IMG/VR virus record: IMGVR_UViG_3300045988_157190
Location: 41,562-105,561 of that record
DNA from: a virus
Direction: 5' to 3' (one strand)
Length of the DNA: 64,000 bases
Of this stretch, positions 53,962 through 64,000 are shown in pieces (the first letter of the stretch is position 1; each line of letters opens with the position of its first letter). The position numbers and the translations under genes were made by a program. The notes beneath the pieces are model-generated. The model had not been told where the DNA came from, ran no database searches, and was given only the letters and a program-made list of their open reading frames with translations.

Positions 53962-54862
53962 AGCATTTGAAAAATTTTACAACGTAACAGGATATGATAT
54001 AAAGTCATATTTCCAGAAGTTCGTTGATTTCTGTACCAACGACTATCCTCTTATTGTGGACTATTATAGTAATGGTGGAGAGATGGACAAGGATTCTTTT
54101 TTGCGCCTTGTGGAACTTGTGAGAGAATCGGAAACGATTGAGCCTTTGTTCATCTTACATGAAAATACTTTGGATGACATTTCCATGTGGGAAATTTTGG
54201 ACAACTTTACGGAGACACAGACAAAACTTTCCACTATTAAAAGTTCTGCAAGGTGGCTTAGAAGTTCTTCTTTAGACAGGAACAATACTTTGCAGATGGA
54301 AAAGACACTTCGGACAGGTGAGCGTTTTGAAGATGTGGCACGTCAGCTTAATAGTTCTAATCCAGAAGATGATTGGATGAACATTACAATACCGCAGTAT
54401 ATAGAAGAAACTGATTATTCGTTCTCTGATGGAGGGAACAAGTTCTATATCAATCTAAAGAACGCTGGGAATAATTATCTTGATACTGTTGTAGATGTAC
54501 TTGTGGGAGATAATATTCTGGGACGTGATATAGATGTGAATTTTGTTTTTGAGAATGACGATTTGAAGATAGTGATAGGCGATGATGCGATTCGACAGGC
54601 TTTGGATACTATTCTTTCTTCTCAAAAAGGTGCTATACCAGAGTTTAAGGATTATGGAATTGCAAATGAGTTCATAGGAACAACGGTGAACGCAATCCAG
54701 TACCCTTCTATTTTTAAGGATGTAATGAATATGTTCCAAAGGGATTCAAGATGGGACTCTGTGGAGTTGATAGATGTAAAAAGAGAGGAAGATGCCGTGT
54801 TCCTTTCTTTGCAATGTAAAACGGTAACAAAGAAAGATTATTTAGTAAATGTTCCTATATAA
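53954..54862 (+). CDS. baseplate wedge protein with a gp25/GPW-like C-terminal domain
   Basis: IRQALDTILSSQKGAIPEFKDYGI ... FQRDSRWDSVELIDV resembles the GPW_gp25 pattern. It sits immediately before the J-like gene (W-J order). Trimmed to MNEAFEKF. Confidence 0.5.
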   Translation: MNEAFEKFYNVTGYDIKSYFQKFVDFCTNDYPLIVDYYSNGGEMDKDSFLRLVELVRESETIEPLFILHENTLDDISMWEILDNFTETQTKLSTIKSSARWLRSSSLDRNNTLQMEKTLRTGERFEDVARQLNSSNPEDDWMNITIPQYIEETDYSFSDGGNKFYINLKNAGNNYLDTVVDVLVGDNILGRDIDVNFVFENDDLKIVIGDDAIRQALDTILSSQKGAIPEFKDYGIANEFIGTTVNAIQYPSIFKDVMNMFQRDSRWDSVELIDVKREEDAVFLSLQCKTVTKKDYLVNVPI

Positions 54863-54873
54863 TTGATATTCAG

Positions 54874-57800
54874 ATGATTACAAAAACAAGTGCAACAATA
54901 ACCAATCTAAAGAATCTTTTTATAGAGATGTTTTTAGATAAGACAGCTAAGGTAAGTAATGTAGCTGACGGTTCGGTTGTGAATGCTACGGCATTCGGTG
55001 TAGCGAAAGTTGCTCAAAAGGCAATGAAGGATATTGCCATAAAGGAAGCGCAGATATTTCCAGATACAGCTACAGGCGTTTATCTGGATAAGGCTGCTGC
55101 TTTGTATGGCGTTAGCCCGCGTAAAGGTGCTTTGGGTTCTTCGACATATATAAGGGTATCTGCTGATCCAGGTACAGTATATGATACGTCTGTTACTTTT
55201 GTAAATAAAAATGGTATTCGTTTCCAAGTTGACGAAGCATTGACTGTAGGGGAAAGTGGTTACGGATATGTAAAGGTAAGAAGTATCAACGCAGGTTATT
55301 CCACAAACGTACCGCCTAATAGCATTACTAATGTTTCTCCGCAGCCACAAGGTCATATCGAATGTACGAATGAATATTATGCTATTGGAGGACGTGATAG
55401 TGAGGATGATGAAACGTTTAGAATCCGTATTAAGAACAATCTGAATATCCTTAGCAAGAATACAATAGAATACTGGACACAGACACTTAGCAACATAGAC
55501 GATCGTGTCTTAAAAGTAATGAGTGCCGGTCTAGACGAAAAGGGCATATATAATCTCTATGTTGTTTCGCAGAACGGTATTTTCTTTACCGAAGAAGAAC
55601 TTGATACACTTCTTGAAAGCGCACAAGGTTATTTTGGTATTTCAGAACTGAATATTGAAGGGAAAGTAGTTGGTATTGGTATCAAGAATATTGATTGGTT
55701 CTATGTGGGTTCAGAAAGGGGGTTGGATTTCCGTGTTCAGCTTCAACCGGATTACGATGTGTCTACTGTGCGTCAGAACATACAAGTGAACCTTACTAAA
55801 TATCTTGATTTTCGTTTTTGGACACCTGGAAAAATCGTAGAATGGGACGATTTGCTGGATATTGTAAAAAAGACCGATGGCGTAAAATATGTGCCGGACG
55901 AGTATTTCTTTCCGTATTACGATCAGCAAGTCCCGGCAAATCAGCTTCCGCGTATAAGGGGGTTTGTGATGCGCGACCAGGACGGAAATATTTTGTACGA
56001 TTCTGATAGCAACCTCTCTCCGTTGTTTTACCCGTCTGAACCGGAGGATTTGTTTGTAGGCATCAACGACAGCTCACTCAACCTTTACCAAGAGGTTTAT
56101 TTCAATGTGACGGATTCAGAGGGGAGACCTGTTGAGGGTGCAAACATTTCTATAGGAAACAATGCGGTCGTGACCAATGATAACGGACAAGCTACTATAC
56201 AGCTTGCGAATGGGCAGTATGAATACATCACCTCTGCTTCGGGATATATTCCTGTGGAGGGAATGTTTGTTGTACTGAATGGAAGCGTTTCTATTGATGT
56301 ACAAATGGTTTTAGCTCCTTATACGGTCACTTTCCATGTAACAGATGAAAAGGGTGCTGCTGTTCCCTATGCGAACGTTACAATGGACAAAAGAACAACT
56401 ACCACCAATTTACAAGGTATAGCTACTTTGTCGGCAAGGAACGGGAACTATCCCTACACTATTGAAAAGTTGGGATATGATGAGTATTCCGGCAGTGTAG
56501 TTGTGGATGGTAGAGATAAAGAAGTATATCCTGAATTGGAATTTAAGGTATGGACGATTACTGTCATTGTAAAGGATAAGGAAAATCAGCTTATACCGAA
56601 TGTCATTGTAAAGGTGAACAATGGAGAATATCTTACGAACCAGCATGGAGAGGCGGAAATACCACTTGTAAATGGTGAATATCCTGTAACAATCGAAAAG
56701 ACAGGGTATGATACTTTACAGGGGGAAATTAAGGTCAACAACCAGAATGCGGACGTTACCTTTGAGATGGATTTCTTTTTATACAATGTGGAATTTAATA
56801 TTTCGCAGGTAAATCAGGGGAATCCGGCAGAAGGAGCTACAATCAAAATAGAAGGACAGCCGGGAGTATTGAATGTAAACGGTTCTGGACAAGCTACTAT
56901 AAAATTAAAGAGTGGAAATTACAGCTACACCGTGCAGAAAAAGGGATATGATGATTTGACCGGATCGTTCAACGTAGAAGGACAGGATACATTTATTCAA
57001 AGAACCCTTGTATTGAAACATTATAATGTGGTTATCACTGTTCTTGACAGTGATAACAGTAGTCCGGTACAAGGAGCAGCAGTAAATATCAATGGTTCTT
57101 CTTATCCTACAAATGAAAGAGGGCAAGCTGTTGTAAGCCTTCAAAACGGGACATATCCTTATACCGTAACAAAGTCGGGATATTATGACGGCAGTTCTTC
57201 GGTTACTGTTCTTGACAGTGATAACAGTAGTGTAATAAGTTTGCAAGCAAGACTTTACAACGTTATAATGACTGTCAAGAATCCACTGCAAGAACCTATT
57301 AATGGTGCTACAGTGGAAATAAATGCAACATCTTATCAGACACAATCCAATGGACAAGTATCTTTGCAATTAAAAAATGGCACTTATCCATTTACAGTGA
57401 CAGCTTTAGGAATGGACGATTATTCCGGTGAATTGGAAGTGGAAAGTGCGGACATTCCGTCTTTTCCTGTAAATATGGAGTACAAGAAGTATAACGTTGT
57501 GTTTACTGTACAGACGGATGAAGGCGTTGCTATTGAAAACGCCAATATTCATATCAATGAAAACGATTATAAGACTTCACAAGGTGGGCTGGTAACAGTT
57601 CGTCTTTCTGACGGGCAGTATCCTTATACGGTAACGAAGGAAGGTTATGTTCAGACACAAGGTAATGTGGAAGTTTCCGGTAGCAACAAGAACGTATTAG
57701 CTCAACTTACCCCTATATCATATAATATTACGTTTGTAGTAAAAGATAACATGGCTTCGCCCAATCTTTTGCAAGGAGTGTCTATCGATATAGAAAATGA

Positions 57801-60800
57801 GGACAAGACAGTTACCACAAATGCGTCAGGAGAAGCGATAATCAGTCTAAAAGCTGGTAAATATACCGCTTCATTCATGAAGAACAGCTATAAGACTGAA
57901 ACTCTTTCATTTGAAGTAACTGGAGAGGCTACGTTTACGCAGATATTGAAGAAGATATGGAATCTTACCTTTAAAGTGACTTCCGCAGGAAAATCGGGTT
58001 TAAAAGATGTAACTGTTAGTGTAAGTGGCGCAGCCATATTAAGTGGAAGTACTGTAAGTCTTAAAACAAAAGACGATGGCACAACTGACCCTGTGCAGGT
58101 AATAAACGGTGCTTATGATTGGAATGCGTCACTCACAGGATATTCGCCGGAAGAAGGAGTGGGAAGTGTTCAGGATGCCGATCAGGAGAAAGTGATAGAA
58201 TTGACTTATGGATTTGAAACTACATTTACAACTTCACCAGCCACACAAGGCGTTGAAATTACTATTGATGGTAATGATACAATCACAACGGGGCAAGACG
58301 GTATAGCAACAATAAATCTTTCCACAGGAACGCATACTTACGCTTATTCAAAAACAGGTTTTTTAAACGGGACAGGAAATGTGCGAATCGAAGAAGCTGA
58401 AAAAAGTGTACAGATAACACTTGTTCCTGGAGCGACAGTTACATTCCATACAAAGGTAGGAAATTCTGCTTTGGCGGATGTAAAGATAATTGTAGGGCAA
58501 AGTAGCGCAAGGGCACTTCCTGAAACCATTGTAACAAACAGTCAGGGTATCGCGGCAATTGATCTTCCTACAGGGGATTATCAATATCAGATTCCTACTA
58601 CAAGTACGGATAATCCTAATCTGGTGGAAGTGCCAAGCGGAACATTTAGTGTGGCAACCGCCGCAAGCGCCATTGAATTGGATTTGGCCGATTATGTAAA
58701 ATACAATGTTACTTTCCAGACTGTTCCATCCACACAAGATGTAGCTATAAGTTTTGCCAAGGCAGAATCTCCAGACACACCTGTTGCAAGTGGAGCTACT
58801 GCTTCTAACGGCATTCTTACTTTGACTTACAAGAACGGACAGTATATCTATACAGCAAAGAAATCCAGTTATAAAGATGTAACAGGTGAATTTACAATTG
58901 CTGGTGGAGATCAGAACATAACGGTTGAGATGCTTCAAATTTCAACGGTTACATTTACTGTAAAAAGTCAAAATGATAGTTCTCCTATTGAGAATGCCAT
59001 TATCGAAATGGCAGATCGAAGCGATTCATCTAACAAATACAAAGGGACAACTAACTCGTCTGGCGTAGCTACTATGACGTTTAATGGCGGAGAGTTTGAG
59101 TGGTCACAAGATAGCGATGCGGATTTTTCCGGTTGTCCTGTTTTTCAAGAAGATGAAAAATATCTTGTTCCATCGGAAGGCGTAACAACAGATCAATTAA
59201 AGACCTATTTCCCCAATGGTGTAATTGTCTCTCCATTGACAATTGTTCAGGATAAGGATGATAGTAGTGTTACGGAAAGTCTTACCAGAATTTACAATTC
59301 AAATAAAATAGATGGCTGGGAGGGAAGCTGGGATAAAACGAAAAAGAACCTTACTTTAACGAGCGTGATCAAGACATCGACAGCTTCTACAGAGACTTAT
59401 GTTTTGTTTAATGTGGATGCCGGACTTATAGGGTTTTCGAATGGTCTTTTCCAAATTGGCACAGAAAAGACAGTGGATTATCACAAGGCTTTGGATTTTG
59501 GTTTTAAGGTAAGTGGTGTTCCGTCCAATCTGAAGATAGTTATAACTTATGGCTCGCAAAACGCTCCCTTAACGGTGGAGATGGAAAATGATGTAATTCA
59601 AAGATTCCAGCTTTCTGATCTTTTGTTGGATACAGAAACAATAGGTAATTCTACCATTTGGTCAGTGCATGTGCAATCTTTTGACGGAGGTACATTATCC
59701 GCAGATGATTTGAAAGATTTGAATATCACATTCTCTTTCTATGGCAAAAAGGCAATAAGTTCGGATATTCCGGCTGACAAGGTTCTTTATGGGAACTATG
59801 ATTATACAGTTACCCCGCCTTCTCCTTTGGAAGCACAATCAGGCACGTTGAATGTAAATGCGCCTGCCATCAACAAAGAAATTTTGATTGCAAATAATGT
59901 AGATGTAACATTTAAGGTAACTTCAAAACAAGATTCATCACTTATTTCCCGTCCCAAAGTTGGTGATTTTGTGTATGGTGACAAAACATGGTCAACTGAA
60001 TTGGACGGCACTAAAACTTGTGTTGGTGTTATTACCGATGTAAGAAGTAAGGATTTTGACTTCATAGGTTTGGAAAATCTGACTGCCGGTTTTTGGACAA
60101 ATTCATTAGGCACTATTTCTGATGTAATAACTGAAACAAATGAATCTTTAGCCATATGTGACTTCGCAGGTAAGACAAATTCTCAAAATATCATACTTGC
60201 TAAACCAACGGAAAGCACGGCGGCACATCAGTGTGCAGCTTATTCTACAGAAGGATTCGGTACAAATTCTTGGTTCTTGCCTTCTTGTGGACAGTGGGGT
60301 GTAGCTCAATTAAACAGAGTTAAGATCGACACTTCAATAAGTGCGACAATCGGTTCAGATCCATTGAGTAGTGGTGCATATTGGACTTCGACACAATACA
60401 ATTCAAATGATGCTTGGATTTTTGGTTGGGCTAATGGCACAAAAAGGGGAACGACCAAAAATAATTCATATACAGTTCGTCCTTTCTGTACCTATGAATA
60501 CAATCCTGTTCCAAATGGTGTATATATTTATGATAAAGATAATAATCGTTACACAAAAGAAGAATGGGCATCATCTGGTAAGGGAATATCTGATGTATGC
60601 GGCATAGGAATTTCAACCGATACTGATTCGTTTATGGTATCGACAGCCATAAGTGCCCAAAGATATCCTTTTAGAGGTCAAGGTACTTTGATCTCTAATG
60701 TACCAATGTTAACTACCAGTGTGGCAGCCTCAAACTTAAGTAAAGCAACGCATGGTTTCATTTATACCGATACGATAATATCTCAATTGAGAACTGGCAA

Positions 60801-62919
60801 TGCACCTGCGGCAGAATACGCCAAGACATATATGTTTGGGAATGGACAGAATGGCTATTTACCTTCATATAGCGAGATGACCACTCTGTATTCTTACAAA
60901 ACACAAGTGGAAGAGATTTTGCGCATGTTGGGTCTTTCTTTATGGGGAAGTGAATCTATTCAAACTTGCACCCAGTATGGGGCTTCAAGTAATGCAAATC
61001 TTAATTGGACAAACGGGATTTATCTTGGACCAGGTAAAAATGACAGGTATACAGTTTTACCTTTTACCCTTCTTCCTTTGCCTAATCCAGCAATTCCTAT
61101 CGAGAACGCTCTTGTAAAAATGACATCTGCATCAAACAATTATCAGCAGAATACAAATAACAATGGAGAAGCTGTTATTTCTGCTGCATTAGGCGTTGAT
61201 TATGATTATGAGGTCAGTGCTGATGGTTATACAACGCAGAACGGGAAAGTCGGTGTATTAAATGAAGCGAAAACAATTGAGGTTACTTTGCAACCTGCAA
61301 GTGAGCTTACAGTAGTTGTCCATAGGAACACATTAGACGGGGCAACTGACATTTCCGGCGTACAGGTTGTTGTGACTGAAAATAAGGAAGGAGGGGTGCA
61401 GATGGCTTCCGGTACAACTTCACAAAACGGGACAGTCGTTTTATTTGTACCAGACGGAAGCTATAAAGTAGCTTTTTCTAAAGATGGATTTGAAAGCAAA
61501 GAGGAAACGGTTGAAGTAAACGGGAAAACTGCGCTTAACACCTTCCTTCTACAAATATACAGTGCCATTAATGTTCAGGTAAGAAGAGTTGGACAAATGC
61601 AAGGTATGCCAAGCCAAATCCAACTAAAGGACAGTACGGGGATAGAGGTGATTCAGACTAAAAATATAACCACTACCGTAACGTTCGCCAATGTCGCATA
61701 CGGACAGTATATCTTGTATGTACCGGAAGGGGATTTTTCCAAAGAAACATCCCAAAGCATTACTGTGAATAGTGAAGGAATGCAGGTGCAAGTAAACCTT
61801 ACTCCGCTGTATATGGTGCAAGTAAAAGTAAACCCTACTGGTGGTAATGTGGAATTTACAGATTCAGAAGGGCAGAAGCATACAGGTTCGGCAGGACCAG
61901 CAACATACACGGCACGGTTTGACAAAATTCCTGCGGGAAATTATCAGATTAAGATTACATCTTCCGGTTTCAGTGATTTTTCAACGACAGGAAGTATAAG
62001 TGGGGTTTATCAAACAAGTGTGAATTTGGAATACACCTTATCCAAACCGAATAAGTTGGTGCAGATAACAAGTAACCAATCCAATTACCAATTAGATACA
62101 TCGTACAAATACGTTTCCCTTTTGATAGTTGGAAGAGGAGGTGAAAAATTTGAGAGTTGGCGATCTTGGGATAGTTTTGTATTGCTGGGCGGAACAACTG
62201 GACAAATTGTGTATATTCCTAATATATTGATATCGGATATTTCAGATGGTCGAATAGCTAAAATTACATTTAGCAATGTTCCAAATGCGGGTAGCTGGAG
62301 ATACGGCACAAAATATTCCATAAAATTAGGAATAACAACTTATGAATATACAGCTTACAATGGGGTAAGCGAGGCTCGTAATGATGCTGATCTTACTATG
62401 CCACAAGAAAGCAGACTATCTAATTATTCTGTATATAATGCAAAAAGTTCCGGTGCTATAGCTGCTCACATGGCAGGTAGATTTTATTGTAGTGGAAGTT
62501 TCGGAAGCCAAAACGCAAAAGAAGAAACTACTTCCACAGGCCCAAGAATGCAACCAGATGGTGCGCCAGGTGGAGACGGTAGATATGGATTTAAAAGCAC
62601 TTACGAAAGTCCTGTTTTGGGAAACGCAACCAAGCCTGTTCAATCCTCAGTTGTTATCCCTGTCCAGTCTATTTTTGGAGGTACAAGTAAAGGTGGAGCA
62701 GGATATTTAAACACTGAAAGTGGGAAAAGAACCGGTGCATCTGCATGGGGAGGTGCAGGGTATGGTGGTTCTAAATCCACTTCTTCAGACGGAGGAAAGA
62801 CAAGCATTGCTGGGTATGGCTCTGGACAACAATGTTCTCCGGCAGATGATGATGCGGGAAATATTACGAAACCAGGAGAAGGTATATTTTGTATATACTA
62901 CCACAACGAACCTATTTGA
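54874..62919 (+). CDS. giant (2681 aa) baseplate-J-like / tail fibre fusion protein
   Basis: The N terminus (LDKAAALYGVSPRKGALGSSTYIRV ... VRSINAGYSTNVPPNSI ... AIGGRDSEDDETFRIRIKN) matches baseplate J. About 17 repeats of roughly 80 aa follow, of the carboxypeptidase-regulatory-like type (YNV.F.V ... G..I.L..G.Y.YTV.K.GY). Two DUF1566-like modules and a Gly-rich C terminus complete it. Confidence 0.75.
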   Translation: MITKTSATITNLKNLFIEMFLDKTAKVSNVADGSVVNATAFGVAKVAQKAMKDIAIKEAQIFPDTATGVYLDKAAALYGVSPRKGALGSSTYIRVSADPGTVYDTSVTFVNKNGIRFQVDEALTVGESGYGYVKVRSINAGYSTNVPPNSITNVSPQPQGHIECTNEYYAIGGRDSEDDETFRIRIKNNLNILSKNTIEYWTQTLSNIDDRVLKVMSAGLDEKGIYNLYVVSQNGIFFTEEELDTLLESAQGYFGISELNIEGKVVGIGIKNIDWFYVGSERGLDFRVQLQPDYDVSTVRQNIQVNLTKYLDFRFWTPGKIVEWDDLLDIVKKTDGVKYVPDEYFFPYYDQQVPANQLPRIRGFVMRDQDGNILYDSDSNLSPLFYPSEPEDLFVGINDSSLNLYQEVYFNVTDSEGRPVEGANISIGNNAVVTNDNGQATIQLANGQYEYITSASGYIPVEGMFVVLNGSVSIDVQMVLAPYTVTFHVTDEKGAAVPYANVTMDKRTTTTNLQGIATLSARNGNYPYTIEKLGYDEYSGSVVVDGRDKEVYPELEFKVWTITVIVKDKENQLIPNVIVKVNNGEYLTNQHGEAEIPLVNGEYPVTIEKTGYDTLQGEIKVNNQNADVTFEMDFFLYNVEFNISQVNQGNPAEGATIKIEGQPGVLNVNGSGQATIKLKSGNYSYTVQKKGYDDLTGSFNVEGQDTFIQRTLVLKHYNVVITVLDSDNSSPVQGAAVNINGSSYPTNERGQAVVSLQNGTYPYTVTKSGYYDGSSSVTVLDSDNSSVISLQARLYNVIMTVKNPLQEPINGATVEINATSYQTQSNGQVSLQLKNGTYPFTVTALGMDDYSGELEVESADIPSFPVNMEYKKYNVVFTVQTDEGVAIENANIHINENDYKTSQGGLVTVRLSDGQYPYTVTKEGYVQTQGNVEVSGSNKNVLAQLTPISYNITFVVKDNMASPNLLQGVSIDIENEDKTVTTNASGEAIISLKAGKYTASFMKNSYKTETLSFEVTGEATFTQILKKIWNLTFKVTSAGKSGLKDVTVSVSGAAILSGSTVSLKTKDDGTTDPVQVINGAYDWNASLTGYSPEEGVGSVQDADQEKVIELTYGFETTFTTSPATQGVEITIDGNDTITTGQDGIATINLSTGTHTYAYSKTGFLNGTGNVRIEEAEKSVQITLVPGATVTFHTKVGNSALADVKIIVGQSSARALPETIVTNSQGIAAIDLPTGDYQYQIPTTSTDNPNLVEVPSGTFSVATAASAIELDLADYVKYNVTFQTVPSTQDVAISFAKAESPDTPVASGATASNGILTLTYKNGQYIYTAKKSSYKDVTGEFTIAGGDQNITVEMLQISTVTFTVKSQNDSSPIENAIIEMADRSDSSNKYKGTTNSSGVATMTFNGGEFEWSQDSDADFSGCPVFQEDEKYLVPSEGVTTDQLKTYFPNGVIVSPLTIVQDKDDSSVTESLTRIYNSNKIDGWEGSWDKTKKNLTLTSVIKTSTASTETYVLFNVDAGLIGFSNGLFQIGTEKTVDYHKALDFGFKVSGVPSNLKIVITYGSQNAPLTVEMENDVIQRFQLSDLLLDTETIGNSTIWSVHVQSFDGGTLSADDLKDLNITFSFYGKKAISSDIPADKVLYGNYDYTVTPPSPLEAQSGTLNVNAPAINKEILIANNVDVTFKVTSKQDSSLISRPKVGDFVYGDKTWSTELDGTKTCVGVITDVRSKDFDFIGLENLTAGFWTNSLGTISDVITETNESLAICDFAGKTNSQNIILAKPTESTAAHQCAAYSTEGFGTNSWFLPSCGQWGVAQLNRVKIDTSISATIGSDPLSSGAYWTSTQYNSNDAWIFGWANGTKRGTTKNNSYTVRPFCTYEYNPVPNGVYIYDKDNNRYTKEEWASSGKGISDVCGIGISTDTDSFMVSTAISAQRYPFRGQGTLISNVPMLTTSVAASNLSKATHGFIYTDTIISQLRTGNAPAAEYAKTYMFGNGQNGYLPSYSEMTTLYSYKTQVEEILRMLGLSLWGSESIQTCTQYGASSNANLNWTNGIYLGPGKNDRYTVLPFTLLPLPNPAIPIENALVKMTSASNNYQQNTNNNGEAVISAALGVDYDYEVSADGYTTQNGKVGVLNEAKTIEVTLQPASELTVVVHRNTLDGATDISGVQVVVTENKEGGVQMASGTTSQNGTVVLFVPDGSYKVAFSKDGFESKEETVEVNGKTALNTFLLQIYSAINVQVRRVGQMQGMPSQIQLKDSTGIEVIQTKNITTTVTFANVAYGQYILYVPEGDFSKETSQSITVNSEGMQVQVNLTPLYMVQVKVNPTGGNVEFTDSEGQKHTGSAGPATYTARFDKIPAGNYQIKITSSGFSDFSTTGSISGVYQTSVNLEYTLSKPNKLVQITSNQSNYQLDTSYKYVSLLIVGRGGEKFESWRSWDSFVLLGGTTGQIVYIPNILISDISDGRIAKITFSNVPNAGSWRYGTKYSIKLGITTYEYTAYNGVSEARNDADLTMPQESRLSNYSVYNAKSSGAIAAHMAGRFYCSGSFGSQNAKEETTSTGPRMQPDGAPGGDGRYGFKSTYESPVLGNATKPVQSSVVIPVQSIFGGTSKGGAGYLNTESGKRTGASAWGGAGYGGSKSTSSDGGKTSIAGYGSGQQCSPADDDAGNITKPGEGIFCIYYHNEPI

Positions 62920-63061
62920 TAAACTAAAAGGAGAGTTTAATTGCTCTCCTTTTTTTGCTTTGATTATAAAAGAGGTACAAACTTACCGTGTTTGTTGAGA
63001 AAAGACTATCTTTGTGACAAGTACTTACTTAGATAAATCAAATTTAAAAATTTTCATTGCA

Positions 63062-63388
63062 ATGGATATAATCAAAAGAACAGTAACAGCTAATTCCAAT
63101 AAGCTGATAACCACTAACGGCGAAGCCGCACCTTCTTTAATCAGCAGTGCATGGAATTTTGCCACAATTGAAGAAGATATTGTGCTGATTGACCAAAACG
63201 GACAAAAAGTTCCGTTTGTAGTTATTCCTCTTTCCGAAGGGGCAATTAAGGTAATCCTTTCAGGTGGAATGGAATATACCATTTCGGAAGCGGAAGTGAG
63301 TGCAAATATAGGAATGCCACTCATGTACATGGTACAAAAGATTCTGAAAGACGGAACAACGGCAACTTCTTTGAGTATAGGTATCTAA
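63062..63388 (+). CDS. hypothetical protein
   Basis: ORF 63014..63388 trimmed to the first ATG (MDIIKRTVTA). Confidence 0.5.
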   Translation: MDIIKRTVTANSNKLITTNGEAAPSLISSAWNFATIEEDIVLIDQNGQKVPFVVIPLSEGAIKVILSGGMEYTISEAEVSANIGMPLMYMVQKILKDGTTATSLSIGI

Positions 63389-63404
63389 AGGAAAGGAATC
63401 AGCA

Positions 63405-64000
63405 ATGAATTTAATAGGAAATATTAATACAATTCCTTTTAGGAGATTTAGGGGAGGGGGTGGGGTAGCTCCTTTCCCTCCTTTCCCATCTATTCCTGGT
63501 ATAACTGCAAGGTATTCAGCATTAGGTCTTACTAATGAACAAATGACAGAGAACCCTGTATGGGTAGATAAGACGGGCAATGGGTATGATTTACAGATGA
63601 AGAATTTCGCTTGGTCTGGGATGTCTGGAGTTGGCGGGTATGAAATGAATTTCAATTTATGGACAAACAATGTTCCAAGCGTTCCAGATATTTCTATGTC
63701 TACGACGACTACCTCAGTTAGTGTAAGTGTTGGAAATTCTACTTATAATAACAATCTTATTTATATTCATATAAATAATTGGGATATAAATAAGAATCAC
63801 TGGTTAAAGGTCACATCTACTTATGAAGATGGAGATCTCGCCTTTGTATTTTATAATAATAGCAATACTAAAAAGATTGGATTGCCAGCTAACGGCTATG
63901 TAAACATACTTGCATACCCTGAATTTAAAGGCAGTTATATGTATATCTCAACTACATCTAATAAGCAAGGTTCATTTACCATCGAACAACTTCCCCTCTA
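63405..64000 (+). CDS. hypothetical tail-fibre-region protein, 3' end outside the window (not in the ORF track)
   Basis: Hand translation from the ATG at 63405 is open to the window end: MNLIGNINTIPFRRFRGGGGVAPFPPFPSIPGITARYSALGLTNEQMTENPVWVDKTGNGYDLQMKNFAWSGMSGVGGY... Confidence 0.55.
   Translation, partial: MNLIGNINTIPFRRFRGGGGVAPFPPFPSIPGITARYSALGLTNEQMTENPVWVDKTGNGYDLQMKNFAWSGMSGVGGYEMNFNLWTNNVPSVPDISMSTTTTSVSVSVGNSTYNNNLIYIHINNWDINKNHWLKVTSTYEDGDLAFVFYNNSNTKKIGLPANGYVNILAYPEFKGSYMYISTTSNKQGSFTIEQLPL

Noticed and set aside
59959-61075. An active diversity-generating retroelement acting on the DUF1566-like modules
   Set aside because: No reverse transcriptase gene and no template repeat are present in this window. 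The two modules are not similar to each other at the nucleotide level.
55711-62643. Numerous 60-190-aa minus-strand ORFs inside the 2681-aa fibre gene (for example 58363..58938 and 56905..57369)
   Set aside because: All are antisense to one long uninterrupted ORF with clear domain structure. Their compositions are Cys/Arg/Ile-rich and not protein-like.
1-64000. Stop-codon reassignment (TAG or TGA recoding), as seen in some gut phages
   Set aside because: All large late genes (portal, capsid, sheath, tape measure and the 2681-aa fibre) are uninterrupted in the standard code. The only in-frame stop noticed is a single TAA at 14993-14995.
1-64000. tRNA, tmRNA or rRNA genes, integrase, terminase and CRISPR-Cas
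   Set aside because: Nothing resembling a cloverleaf or conserved rRNA segments was recognised by eye in the GC-richer intergenic islands. No ORF shows integrase, terminase (Walker A plus nuclease) or Cas motifs. A tRNAscan or HMM run would be needed to be certain.

Overview
This window is a 64-kb piece of a large, AT-rich tailed dsDNA phage (or prophage) genome. Layout: a short plus-strand block (1-2516); a long minus-strand block of mostly small, unrecognisable early/accessory genes (2513-18400) that ends at an Xre-type HTH gene; a divergent control region (18401-18768); then a plus-strand block to the window end. That last block holds accessory genes, a holin and a near-complete morphogenesis module. 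In order it encodes a BACON/Ig-like repeat protein, portal, Mu F/SPP1 gp7-like head protein, a Hint-like protein, a Nudix-containing multidomain protein, prohead protease, scaffold, major capsid and neck-region proteins. These are followed by tail sheath, tube, a chaperone pair with a plausible -1 frameshift, tape measure, baseplate proteins (spike-like, gp25/W-like) and a 2681-aa baseplate-J/fibre fusion. This is therefore a contractile-tailed (myovirus-type) phage. Recurrent TAnnTTTG boxes, BACON-like and DUF1566-like modules and a lipoprotein suggest a Bacteroidota host (inference only). The most unusual content is: (1) three divergent TnpB-like RuvC nuclease genes with no TnpA anywhere in the window, all lacking the usual Zn-ribbon cysteines; one is wedged into the head-tail operon and one is flanked by GC-richer structured non-coding sequence. 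(2) Two ORF-poor regions (2.2 kb and 0.9 kb) with degenerate tandem repeats, iteron-like sites and GC-rich islands. (3) A perfect 118-bp direct repeat that carries a promoter with an embedded palindrome, which recurs at six intergenic sites. (4) A terminator/antiterminator-like RNA architecture directly upstream of a Bro/KilAC antirepressor gene. (5) A MuF - Hint - Nudix gene string in the head module. By eye I recognised no rRNA, tRNA, CRISPR array, integrase, terminase or reverse transcriptase. All product calls rest on motif recognition from the translated ORFs, not on database searches.
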